DNA of 64,000 nt from NCBI GenBank assembly GCA_045659145.1, contig JAZOWI010000023.1, forward strand, positions 3,669 through 67,668, given 5' to 3'. Source of the DNA: Acutalibacteraceae bacterium (GTDB lineage Bacteria > Bacillota > Clostridia > Oscillospirales > Acutalibacteraceae). Under the pieces are notes generated by a model, which searched no databases, was not told the origin of the DNA, and saw only the letters and a program-made list of their open reading frames with translations. A program made the translations under genes and the position numbers. Below are positions 6,569 through 15,338 of the stretch, piece by piece. Within the stretch, counting starts at the first letter, position 1; every line of letters begins with the position of its first letter.

Positions 6569-8191
6569 ATGGAACTGCAACTTACCAAATTGGCGGCGAC
6601 TTCCACCACCGCGTGGATCACCCTACCCATGCTCCTCTGCTTTTTTGGGCTGATGATCGGCGTTGGACTGGCCTGCCGCAAACACACCACCAACGTGGAC
6701 AGCTTTGTGCTGGGCGGCCGCTCGGTAGGTCCATGGCTTACGGCATTTGCTTTCGGCACCTCCTACTTCTCGGCAGTGATCTTCGTGGGCTATGCAGGAC
6801 AGTTCGGGTGGAACTTCGGTCTTGCATCCACCTGGATCGGTCTGGGCAACGCCTTCATCGGGTCGCTGCTGGCGTGGTCGGTCCTGGGACGGCGCACTCG
6901 CGTGATGACCCAGCATCTGGGCTCTAAGACCATGCCGGATTTCTTCGAAAAGCGGTACAATTCCAAAAAACTCAAAGTGGTAGCCTCTTTCATCGTATTC
7001 GTGTTTCTTATCCCCTACACCGCCTCTCTCTACAACGGTCTCTCTTCCTTATTTAATAACGTGTTCTCCATCCCCTACTGGGTGGTGGTTGTCGTTATGG
7101 CCGTGCTGACAGGTGTGTATGTCATCTTCGGTGGCTATATGGCTACTGCCATCAACGACTTCATTCAAGGCATCATTATGCTGGTGGGCATCGTCACGGT
7201 GATTGCATCGGTACTGGCGGATAACGGCGGTCTCTCTGCCGCTGTGGAGGCACTGAACACCCATCCTCAGGCCGGCACCGATTTCACTTCCATTATGGGC
7301 CCCAATCCCATTTTCTTGCTGTTTGTGGTGCTGCTGACCTCTCTGGGCACCTGGGGACTGCCCCAAATGGTGGGTAAGTTCTACTCCATCAAGGATGAGG
7401 ATTCCATAAAAAAAGGCACCATTATCTCCACCATCTTCGCTATTGTGGTGGCAGGCGGCTGTTACTTCTTAGGTGGCTTTGGTCGACTGTATCACAAGGA
7501 TATGCTGGCAGGTGGCTTTATCTCCGAGACAGGCGCCGTTCTGTTTGACAAAGTCATTCCCACTATGCTCAAAGACTTAGCTCCCGTAGTGGTGGCGCTC
7601 ATCATAGTGCTGGTGCTGGCGGCCTCTATGTCCACTCTTTCCTCCTTGGTGCTGACCTCCTCCTCCACTCTGACACTGGATGTGGTTAAGCCGCTGGCAG
7701 AACGCAAAAAGGCAGTATCCGAGCAGCGCAGCGTGCTGATCATGCGGCTGTTCATCGTATTCTTCATCGCTATCTCCGCAGTCATCGCTATTCTTAAAGA
7801 CAGCATTTGGTCCGGCTCGGTGTTTATTGCTCAAATGATGGGCGTGTCCTGGGGGGCACTGGCCGGTGCCTTCCTGGCCCCCTTCCTCTACGGTCTGTAC
7901 TGCAAAAAGATCAGCCGCGCTGCCGTGGCTGTCAGCTTCGCCTTCGGCACGGGGTTGGAAATCGTGCAGTTGTGCATCAGCGTCGGCTGGTTGTCGGTGA
8001 AAGGGATTCCCGTGCTGAGTTTCATCTTCACCAATTCCCTCTATTCCGGCGTATTTGCGATGATAGGCGGTCTGGTATTGGTGCCTATCGTAAGCCTGTT
8101 TACCCGGCGTTCCTGCCCCGCTAACGTGGAAGAAAAGTTCTCTTGCTACGACGCGCAGGTGATCACCAGTCAAAAGGTAACGCTCGGTTAA
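6569..8191 (+). CDS. Sodium:solute symporter family (SSS) transporter
   Basis: 540 aa with about 13 predicted TM segments. The N-terminal signature FVLGGRSVGPWLTAFAFGTSYFSAVIFVGYAG is typical of SSS (PutP/PanF-like) permeases. AAAGG RBS. Confidence 0.85.
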   Translation: MELQLTKLAATSTTAWITLPMLLCFFGLMIGVGLACRKHTTNVDSFVLGGRSVGPWLTAFAFGTSYFSAVIFVGYAGQFGWNFGLASTWIGLGNAFIGSLLAWSVLGRRTRVMTQHLGSKTMPDFFEKRYNSKKLKVVASFIVFVFLIPYTASLYNGLSSLFNNVFSIPYWVVVVVMAVLTGVYVIFGGYMATAINDFIQGIIMLVGIVTVIASVLADNGGLSAAVEALNTHPQAGTDFTSIMGPNPIFLLFVVLLTSLGTWGLPQMVGKFYSIKDEDSIKKGTIISTIFAIVVAGGCYFLGGFGRLYHKDMLAGGFISETGAVLFDKVIPTMLKDLAPVVVALIIVLVLAASMSTLSSLVLTSSSTLTLDVVKPLAERKKAVSEQRSVLIMRLFIVFFIAISAVIAILKDSIWSGSVFIAQMMGVSWGALAGAFLAPFLYGLYCKKISRAAVAVSFAFGTGLEIVQLCISVGWLSVKGIPVLSFIFTNSLYSGVFAMIGGLVLVPIVSLFTRRSCPANVEEKFSCYDAQVITSQKVTLG

Positions 8192-8205
8192 CACACAACA
8201 AAAAA

Positions 8206-8241
8206 AGCGGGTCACAGCTCAGGCTGTGACCCGCTTTTTTA
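8206..8241. terminator. Bidirectional intrinsic terminator between convergent genes
   Basis: AGCGGGTCACAGC (8206-8218) / GCTGTGACCCGCT (8223-8235), flanked by an A-run upstream and a T-run downstream. Confidence 0.8.
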
Positions 8242-8261
8242 TTTACGAATTACCACTCGAA

Positions 8262-11200
8262 TTAATCGTCCCACTCGAATTCATCATCGTTGACATCCAG
8301 CTTTTCATCATAACTTCTGCCCACGATGTCGGCATATACAGTAACCTCTTCGCCGTCCTTCTCAATGACGTAATAGGGGCGGGCATAAATGACCGTTCCT
8401 CTGTGCGCCTCAGGGATGTTCTTGATACGCACTGCAAACTTGGCGTTGTCGGCACCTGCCTCATATACCTTTTCCGCAAAGATATCGAGCACCTTACCGC
8501 TACCGGAACCGATCTCAGGATTCGTCAACTTCATCTGTTCCTCGTCAACACCGATGGTCACACGGTTGGTTACCACGGCACCCATTTTGATCAGTTTGTA
8601 CTCAACACCATCAATGGTCACGGTGGCGTTGGTATAATCACCGATGTGCGCCTCATTCTTGGTGATGCCGGACACCTTCACGTCGAACAGGAAGCCGACG
8701 CCCATCTTGCCGTCCACGATATCCATCACGCTGGAACTCTCGGCGGTAATCAGGCCTTCGGTATCCTCCTCGTCACCCAAAGTGAGCAGGTTGTTCGCAT
8801 TGATGAAAGCAACCAGCTCATCGGCAAACTTCTTCTGACCGGCAGCAGAGGGGTGCCAACCGGCGCCGGCGGTGTTCTGGGTCAGCTGCAACGAATACAG
8901 ACCCTCAGCCGCGCCGCCGTTTGTCTCAATGAGCTCGGCAATTCTGGTATTGTCGTCGCTCTTCATCATATTGTAGATCCAAATGATCTTGGAGTTGGGG
9001 TTCTTGGCACGTACCAGATCCAGGAACTCCTGATAGCCGGTCAGACGCTGCTCAACCGTAATGCCCTTTTCAGTCTCCATCGCAATGTCGTTGGTACCCA
9101 AAGCGATGACGATCAGGTTGGGCTCACGGTTGGTGAAGTTGTACTGAGTGGTACGATCATACTGATAGCGCTGATAGGGATAGAAGGTATGCATATTGGG
9201 ATCCTGCCAGCCATACTTGGCGCCGATACCGGAGTAGCATACATCGGAGAAGTCCACACCCAGCGCCTTGGCGGTCAGGTAGGGATACGCCGCGGTGGCA
9301 TCCTGCCACTTGGGAGAATCGGCCTGTTCATTGCCGGAAACACCCAGCGCACCGTAACCGGTGGAGATGGAGTCACCGATGAACTCGATGAAGAAGGTGT
9401 TGTCGGAGGGCTTGGTGCCGATGGTACCGTTCATAACAATAGAACCAATACCCACCTCGGCGCCACGATGCTCGGTCTGGCGATAGATCTCGAAGGTGTG
9501 GTTGCCCGCAGGCAGATCCTCGGCAATGGTCAGGGTGGTGTTGCCGGTGGCAGTAATGCGGCACTGGGCACGCTCCTTCTGCACACCATCTACGATCACG
9601 GTGAAATACACACCGCCATAGGTGGCATCGGTATTCTTAATGGAGTTGGTGACGAAGTTGACAGCCACATCACCTTCGCAGTTGGCGGTGAACTCAATGC
9701 CGGAGGCAGAGAAGTCCAGCCACAGAACACCGTTCTTCATATAGTTACGGCCCTGCTGCTTGATGCCGCTCATCAGCTGGCTAATGGGAGTGGCATACTC
9801 ATCCAGGAACTGGAAGTCGCCGAACACCGCATTGTGGTCGGAGGCCGCGGGCGCTGCTACCAGCGCATCGGTAACAGTCACATCATACAGATGAGTCACC
9901 ATAGAATTGTAGAAGATGTGGTCGATGTAACGACCGGAGGTGGAGTCGGTCAGACCGGCCTCGGTCAACTTGCTGTAAGAAGCGGTCTCCTCGCCGGAGC
10001 AGTTGTAGTCACCGCCGCACAGCACGGGCATCTTGTGAGTAGTGGACAATTCGTTGAGGATCTCAGCGATCTCAGCAGTCTGGAACTGACGCCAGTAGCC
10101 GTCACCCTCAGCGGCCACACCGTCACCGTTGACATCGGAGGTGCCGGTCAGAGAACCGGCATCGGTGTGGGTGGCACAGGCAATGAACTTCTCGCCGGTG
10201 GCGATCACCTCGAAGAAGCCCACGTTGACATAACGCATGCCCTGCTTACCCCAACGGGTGTTGGTCAAGCCGTGCAGCTCGGTATCCAACAGACGAACGG
10301 TTTTCGTGTTGTACACCAGCGTGGTGTACAGCAGACCGTTGTTCTGAGAATCCAAACTGGCGGTCTCAGCGAAGGCATAGTCCGTCAAATCGTTCCGGAA
10401 GTAAGTGTACCAGTTGCCGGAGAACTCCTCCAAAGCGATAACGTCAGGCTGATAGTACTTGATCATAGCAATGGCCTTAGGCGCACGCACGTCGATGGTG
10501 GCGGTCTCACTGCTCCAATCATAACCGCCATTAGCCAGGTCCTTATCCACCAGCACATTGTAGGTCATCATGCGGATGTCGGCGCCGGTGGTCTTATCCT
10601 TCTGGGCCGTGCCCTGATAGCCGGAGGTTGCTTTCTCCATCGTAATGTCGTCATAGAAAACATCGCCGCCATCAGTGACACCTTGAGCAGGATGGATTAC
10701 CAGAGTAGTGTTTGCTCCGGAATTGAAGGGGATCTGGAAAGTCTGCCACGCAGTATGATTAGCATCAAAATAATACTTATCCGGATTGATCTTATTATTG
10801 TGATCGCCATCCGGACTTATATAGAGGCGCGCCTGGCCGCCGGAAGCAGCCAGTTTAGCCTTAAATGTAATAACATAATCGGTATTGGCCTCAACGGTAA
10901 TGGTCTGAGATACGAACTGGCTATATTTGTTATTACGTTTTCCCTGCAGGGCATAAGAACCGGAAGCCACCTCGGTAGAGGTGATAACGGCATCGCCAGA
11001 ATACTTCAGATTCCAACCGGTGAGGTCGCCGGTCTCAAAGTCACCATTGGTGATATAGCCATCGAAAGAGGGTTCAACAACCTCTTTCTTCGCGACGACG
11101 ATATCATCAACACACAGGTAGGTTTCAGTGGCCGCAGGGGTTGCAATACCACCAATGCCCAAACGGACAGACGTATTACTGCCACTGTTAAAGGTGAAAA

Positions 11201-12137
11201 CCACCTTAGTCCACGTACCCTTCGTGCTGTCCAAATCTGTATAAGCGATGTGCTGTGCCGTATTGGTGCTGGAAGTAGTAGCTACACAAACACGCATTTG
11301 ATTGGCAGTAGAAACATTCGTGCTCTTATACCACAAAGTCACCACATAATCCGTATCCACCTCAACAGTAATGTCCTGCTGCGCAGTATAAACCGTATTA
11401 CGATGAGGAACTGTCGCGCCATAAGAACCGATGTGTGCATTTGAGCTAATTGCGCATTTTTGAGAACTCTGAGAAGACCAAGGTGTAATCGCGCCGGTCT
11501 CAAAATCACCATTAGCCAAAAGATTGTCGCCGACAACAGGAATATCCGGCACCTCGGGCTCAGCCTCCACCTTAGTCATCACGATATCATCAACATGCAA
11601 GTAGTTGGCCTGACCACTGCCGGACATGCTACCAAAGCCCAAACGAACCGTAGTATAAGAGCCGGAATTAAGGTTTACAGTTACCTTAGTCCAACTCGTT
11701 TGCGTATAAGGGAGCGTAACGGGGGAAGTGATTTGAGTTGCCGCACCTGCATTGGTACCATTGGTTTCCCAAACAGCAAAAACCATATCACGCAGCGCTT
11801 CGGTTGTACCAGTGGCGCCGTCACTAATATACCAGAAAGTAATTTCGTAATCGGTGTTCATTTCTACGGTAATATCTTGATATGCCGTAAAGGTCTGCGC
11901 ACGGGTGGGTACCGAAGCACCGTATGTGCCCGTATAAGCATAATCAGTGGTAGCAGACACTTCTTCACTTCCACTACCGGAAATCCAACCGGTTATATTA
12001 CCACTTTCAAAATCACCGTTGATGACCAGATTAGTCTGTGCCGCCAACAGGGTGACGATGCCGCTCAGGGGCAGTACCGTGCACAGCAGGGCAACGGCCG
12101 CCAGAACGGCTAACAATTTGCGAATCTTGCTCTTCAT
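8262..12137 (-). CDS. Secreted multidomain protein: signal peptide, 3 CBM4/9-like modules, EEP (endonuclease/exonuclease/phosphatase) domain, CE2-like beta-sandwich plus SGNH esterase, unassigned C-terminal domain
   Basis: CBM signature NGDFE(S/T)G..(T)GW occurs three times. EEP motifs are MMTYNVL, VIALEE and SDHNAVFGDF. SGNH blocks are FIGDSISTGYG, ALGTNDI and GWHPS, preceded by a jelly-roll as in CE2 esterases. Start set to the second ATG (12137) for RBS spacing (AAGGAGA). Confidence 0.8.
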   Translation of the reverse strand: MKSKIRKLLAVLAAVALLCTVLPLSGIVTLLAAQTNLVINGDFESGNITGWISGSGSEEVSATTDYAYTGTYGASVPTRAQTFTAYQDITVEMNTDYEITFWYISDGATGTTEALRDMVFAVWETNGTNAGAATQITSPVTLPYTQTSWTKVTVNLNSGSYTTVRLGFGSMSGSGQANYLHVDDIVMTKVEAEPEVPDIPVVGDNLLANGDFETGAITPWSSQSSQKCAISSNAHIGSYGATVPHRNTVYTAQQDITVEVDTDYVVTLWYKSTNVSTANQMRVCVATTSSTNTAQHIAYTDLDSTKGTWTKVVFTFNSGSNTSVRLGIGGIATPAATETYLCVDDIVVAKKEVVEPSFDGYITNGDFETGDLTGWNLKYSGDAVITSTEVASGSYALQGKRNNKYSQFVSQTITVEANTDYVITFKAKLAASGGQARLYISPDGDHNNKINPDKYYFDANHTAWQTFQIPFNSGANTTLVIHPAQGVTDGGDVFYDDITMEKATSGYQGTAQKDKTTGADIRMMTYNVLVDKDLANGGYDWSSETATIDVRAPKAIAMIKYYQPDVIALEEFSGNWYTYFRNDLTDYAFAETASLDSQNNGLLYTTLVYNTKTVRLLDTELHGLTNTRWGKQGMRYVNVGFFEVIATGEKFIACATHTDAGSLTGTSDVNGDGVAAEGDGYWRQFQTAEIAEILNELSTTHKMPVLCGGDYNCSGEETASYSKLTEAGLTDSTSGRYIDHIFYNSMVTHLYDVTVTDALVAAPAASDHNAVFGDFQFLDEYATPISQLMSGIKQQGRNYMKNGVLWLDFSASGIEFTANCEGDVAVNFVTNSIKNTDATYGGVYFTVIVDGVQKERAQCRITATGNTTLTIAEDLPAGNHTFEIYRQTEHRGAEVGIGSIVMNGTIGTKPSDNTFFIEFIGDSISTGYGALGVSGNEQADSPKWQDATAAYPYLTAKALGVDFSDVCYSGIGAKYGWQDPNMHTFYPYQRYQYDRTTQYNFTNREPNLIVIALGTNDIAMETEKGITVEQRLTGYQEFLDLVRAKNPNSKIIWIYNMMKSDDNTRIAELIETNGGAAEGLYSLQLTQNTAGAGWHPSAAGQKKFADELVAFINANNLLTLGDEEDTEGLITAESSSVMDIVDGKMGVGFLFDVKVSGITKNEAHIGDYTNATVTIDGVEYKLIKMGAVVTNRVTIGVDEEQMKLTNPEIGSGSGKVLDIFAEKVYEAGADNAKFAVRIKNIPEAHRGTVIYARPYYVIEKDGEEVTVYADIVGRSYDEKLDVNDDEFEWDD

Positions 12138-12195
12138 AAACATTCTCCTTTTTGTTTTTTAGGGGGTGCACAGAAGATCATTACATACAAAAATC

Positions 12196-12224
12196 ATTTT
12201 ACTCTGATTACCAATTTCAGTCAA
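12196..12224 (-). promoter_or_regulatory. Sigma-A type promoter for the 8262-12137 gene
   Basis: The minus strand reads TTGACT-17 nt-TAAAAT (complement of 12219-12224 and 12196-12201). Confidence 0.6.
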
Positions 12225-12307
12225 GAGAACACATACAAATAGAAAGGATTTTTATATAAATAATTACTCCATTATATAGCGCGTTTTACTATTTAATGAT
12301 TTTCGTT

Positions 12308-12341
12308 AAAAAGGCGTCCGCTCTATAAGCGGACGCCTTTT
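12308..12341 (-). terminator. Intrinsic terminator after the AAE-family transporter gene
   Basis: GGCGTCCGCT (12313-12322) / AGCGGACGCC (12328-12337) with flanking A/T runs. Confidence 0.75.
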
Positions 12342-12347
12342 CACTGT

Positions 12348-13610
12348 TTAGAATAATAATACCAGGGTCTGCGAGAGCAGTACCACCATCACCAGTGCCA
12401 CAGGATAAGTGGCTGCATAGGCTGACACCACCGCCTCGGTACCGGACACCTGAATCAGGGTGCCCAATGCCGGTGTGCTGGTCATACCGCCGGTGAGTGA
12501 ACCCAGATTGTTGAGCAGCTTCATCTTGAGCACATACTTGCCGAACAAGAAGCCCAGCATCATCGGCACCACCGTCATCACCGCACCATAGACGAAATAC
12601 ATAGGGTCAAACATCTCCACAAACTCCGCACCGCCGGGGATACCGGCACCGGCAAGGAAAAAGACCAGACCCAACTCGCGCAGCAGTTTTAACGTGCCAC
12701 TGTTGGGGGTGATATTCAGCCGTCCGATGCGACCGAAATGCCCGAAGACCAACGCGGTGAGCAAACAGCCACCGGTGGTGGTGAGGGAAAAGCAGGTGCC
12801 GCTCAATCCCTCACCGGACAAGGGAATACGCAGCGCCCCTACCATCGTGCCTACCAGCGCCGCCGCCGCAAAAGCGGCAATACCGGACGCGTCCAGAGAG
12901 AGGGTGCCTTTTTTCCGTTCCTTGCCTGCCGTGTCGGCAACGGCGGTCAGTTCCTTCCGCTCCAGCGACATATCCGCCTTCAAAAAGCGAGGCACCAACT
13001 GCACGAACAGCACCACACCCAGCACACCGAAAATATAGGCAATACCATAGCCAACCGAAACAGTACCCACATATTCGGCAGCCACTGACGCCTTTGCGGC
13101 AGCAAAGCCGGGGGTGGAGGTCAAGGCTCCGCACAGCAATCCCGTAATCATTGCTGTGAATTCTTCTGCACTCTCGATGATCCCGCCAAAACCAATGCCG
13201 CGACCAAGAAAAATGCATCCCACGGCCGCCAAACCGCCGGACAGGATCACTACCACGCCCAGCAGTACATACGATTTAAAGTTCTTTTTCATATTGTCGA
13301 AAAAATTAGGTCCGGCGATAAAGCCGACGGCTGTCACAAACAGCACCAAGCCCAGTTTTTCTACAATATCCAAAGCGTTGTCCACAAAGGTGACCGCTCC
13401 CCCATCCCCTTTGAGCATCAGCTGCTGAGACAGAGGTTCATAGAACAAAGCGCCGAACAAAAGCGCCACCAAGAACACGCCGGCATCTCCCAAAGAGACG
13501 CCTTTGATGGTGATACGCCCCAATGCGTACCCTACCAGCAACACCGCAAACAAACAAAAGATCAAAAAGGAGGTGCCGGTCACCGGCAACACTCCACCGA
13601 ACAAACTCAT
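12348..13610 (-). CDS. AAE-family (aspartate:alanine exchanger / YidE-YbjL-like) transporter lacking the central RCK_C domains
   Basis: 420 aa with an internally duplicated membrane domain. N-terminal GRITIKGVSLGDAGVFLVALLFG and second-half GRLNITPNSGTLKLLRELGLVFFLAGAGI are typical of the Asp-Al_Ex repeat. Confidence 0.7.
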   Translation of the reverse strand: MSLFGGVLPVTGTSFLIFCLFAVLLVGYALGRITIKGVSLGDAGVFLVALLFGALFYEPLSQQLMLKGDGGAVTFVDNALDIVEKLGLVLFVTAVGFIAGPNFFDNMKKNFKSYVLLGVVVILSGGLAAVGCIFLGRGIGFGGIIESAEEFTAMITGLLCGALTSTPGFAAAKASVAAEYVGTVSVGYGIAYIFGVLGVVLFVQLVPRFLKADMSLERKELTAVADTAGKERKKGTLSLDASGIAAFAAAALVGTMVGALRIPLSGEGLSGTCFSLTTTGGCLLTALVFGHFGRIGRLNITPNSGTLKLLRELGLVFFLAGAGIPGGAEFVEMFDPMYFVYGAVMTVVPMMLGFLFGKYVLKMKLLNNLGSLTGGMTSTPALGTLIQVSGTEAVVSAYAATYPVALVMVVLLSQTLVLLF

Positions 13611-13625
13611 AGTCCTTTACTCCCC

Positions 13626-14360
13626 TCAGCCGGCCACTACCGACTCGATAACCTCATTAATCTGCTCTAACAGAGCGCTGTCCAGCTCCGCAAAGGCATC
13701 GGTACGGGGCAGTTTACCGGTCAGCACACGGAACCACACCGAAGCGGCGGTATAACGACCGTAGTCCAGCGATAGATGGAAGCCGTCCCGATTCAGGGAG
13801 AGACCGCCATTCTTATAGTCAAAAGCAGGCACGGTCTCGCGCAACTTCTGCACCGTTTCACCGCAGGGGAGCATAGGGATGCCCAACAATTTAGTAGCTA
13901 CCTCGCTGCCGTCCTTGATGCGACGGAACATTTCCTGTTGATCGTGGTTGTAATAGTGGAAATCACCATGATCCGAATCGATCTCATAGGCCCAGGTCTG
14001 ATGCCAGTAAAACTGGGCGTTGGAGAACTTCTCACGGCAATAATTGTACAGATTAGGAAGATACGGCAGGAAGGTCTGGGGGCGACCACTGTGACTGCTG
14101 ACCTGCTGGAGGGTGATCACATCCCAATCTTCCATTGCCAGCGCCTCGTCAATGGAGATCATTCGCTCCGCACTGGTGCCGTTCTGTTCCAGATAATAGG
14201 CCTGATCTTGCTCCACTACGTGCTGCCAGTGGGTATACAGGCTGCAACCCCCGATCATCAGGTTGGTGGTCTCCAATTCCACTCCGTTGGCCACCGCGAT
14301 ACGGTGCAGCCAACTCTGGGCGTCCTGAGAAAAGCTGTTGCCGATGGATAACAGTTTCAT
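13626..14360 (-). CDS. SGNH-fold hydrolase-like protein (DUF4886-like)
   Basis: MKLLSIGNSFSQDA N-terminus as in DUF4886 proteins; cytoplasmic, with no signal peptide. Family name recalled from memory, not searched. Confidence 0.6.
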   Translation of the reverse strand: MKLLSIGNSFSQDAQSWLHRIAVANGVELETTNLMIGGCSLYTHWQHVVEQDQAYYLEQNGTSAERMISIDEALAMEDWDVITLQQVSSHSGRPQTFLPYLPNLYNYCREKFSNAQFYWHQTWAYEIDSDHGDFHYYNHDQQEMFRRIKDGSEVATKLLGIPMLPCGETVQKLRETVPAFDYKNGGLSLNRDGFHLSLDYGRYTAASVWFRVLTGKLPRTDAFAELDSALLEQINEVIESVVAG

Positions 14361-14376
14361 TTCGTTTTCCTCCCTA

Positions 14377-15033
14377 TTATTCCTTGCCTTCTTTTTCCAT
14401 AAAAGCCACTAACTGATCCTTGATCTCAGTCATTCCCTTCGCTGTGGGGTGACCATAAAATTTATCCACCTCGGTCAAGGAGATGGGAGTAGCACCGCAC
14501 CGACGTGCCGCCTCGGCAATGCCGTCGTGAATGACCTGCTTCATACCGGTGTTGATGATGGCGTACACCTTGGTGTCCGGCAACAACTCCTGAATACGGG
14601 TAAACAGACGACCCGTCGCCGGCAGAGCGGAATACATATCTTCCTTGGTCCATCCCTCAAACTTCAACTCTCCCACAGGCGCACCGCACCAATCATCGTT
14701 GGTGCCGCCGAACACCAACAGCGTATCCACTCGATTTTCGGAAAAGAAGCCCCGCTCATACAGATTTTCAAAACGGGTGTTGAAGGAGATGTGCGTATAG
14801 TCTTCCTTCTCATAGCCGGTGTATCCGATGGTGGAGCCGGAATAGCTGTCATTATGCAACAAGGTGGAACCGGTGACTGTCATTAATTGATGCCACCACG
14901 TGTCCTCAACTGATTGAACATCGCTGTTATTTTCGTCGTTTTCTGTGTAGTAACAACGATGTCCCTCGGGAACATAACCCTCGAAGGTAGAGTAACTATC
15001 GCCCAAGACGACGGTATTGCCTAAGTGAACCAT
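14377..15033 (-). CDS. SGNH/GDSL-family hydrolase (esterase)
   Basis: Block I VVLGDSYS, block III FGGTNDDW and a C-terminal GHPT. Start trimmed to the ATG at 15033, which has an AGGAGAGG RBS. Confidence 0.75.
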   Translation of the reverse strand: MVHLGNTVVLGDSYSTFEGYVPEGHRCYYTENDENNSDVQSVEDTWWHQLMTVTGSTLLHNDSYSGSTIGYTGYEKEDYTHISFNTRFENLYERGFFSENRVDTLLVFGGTNDDWCGAPVGELKFEGWTKEDMYSALPATGRLFTRIQELLPDTKVYAIINTGMKQVIHDGIAEAARRCGATPISLTEVDKFYGHPTAKGMTEIKDQLVAFMEKEGKE

Positions 15034-15265
15034 TTTACATCCTCTCCTTTTCATTAAAAATAAGCGTACCACAGAACCCTTCCAAATGCAAGACAGACAC
15101 AAAATAAATTACAAAAATATTCAATTTCTTCTTACGTTTCTCTCTACCGTGACCTATTCATAAAAACGGTATCACAATTTTACGATTAAACCATCTTCAT
15201 TTGCACACGGTTGTAGCATTTTGTCGCATTGTGTTAAATTTGTTTTAAAACCTTGCAAAAACATC

Positions 15266-15294
15266 TTGTTTTTAACCTTTTTATCGTGTATAAT
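15266..15294 (+). promoter_or_regulatory. Promoter for the AraC-family regulator gene
   Basis: TTGTTT (15266-15271), a 17-nt spacer, then TATAAT (15289-15294) preceded by TG. Confidence 0.5.
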
Positions 15295-15338
15295 TTGCCC
15301 GTTGTATCATTAATTTTTAAAACTTTGGGAGGCCCTCA

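Noticed and set aside
8262-8711. Possibility that the shared C-terminal domain is a dockerin, SLH, LPXTG or other known anchor
   Set aside because: It has no duplicated Ca-binding DxNxDGxxxxxD loops, no SLH motif, no LPXTG plus hydrophobic tail, and no GW/choline-type repeats. It is therefore kept as an unassigned domain.
8226-11444. 1072-aa plus-strand ORF opposite the EEP/CE2 protein gene
   Set aside because: Same codon-register antisense artefact. It begins inside the bidirectional terminator and has no domain signatures.
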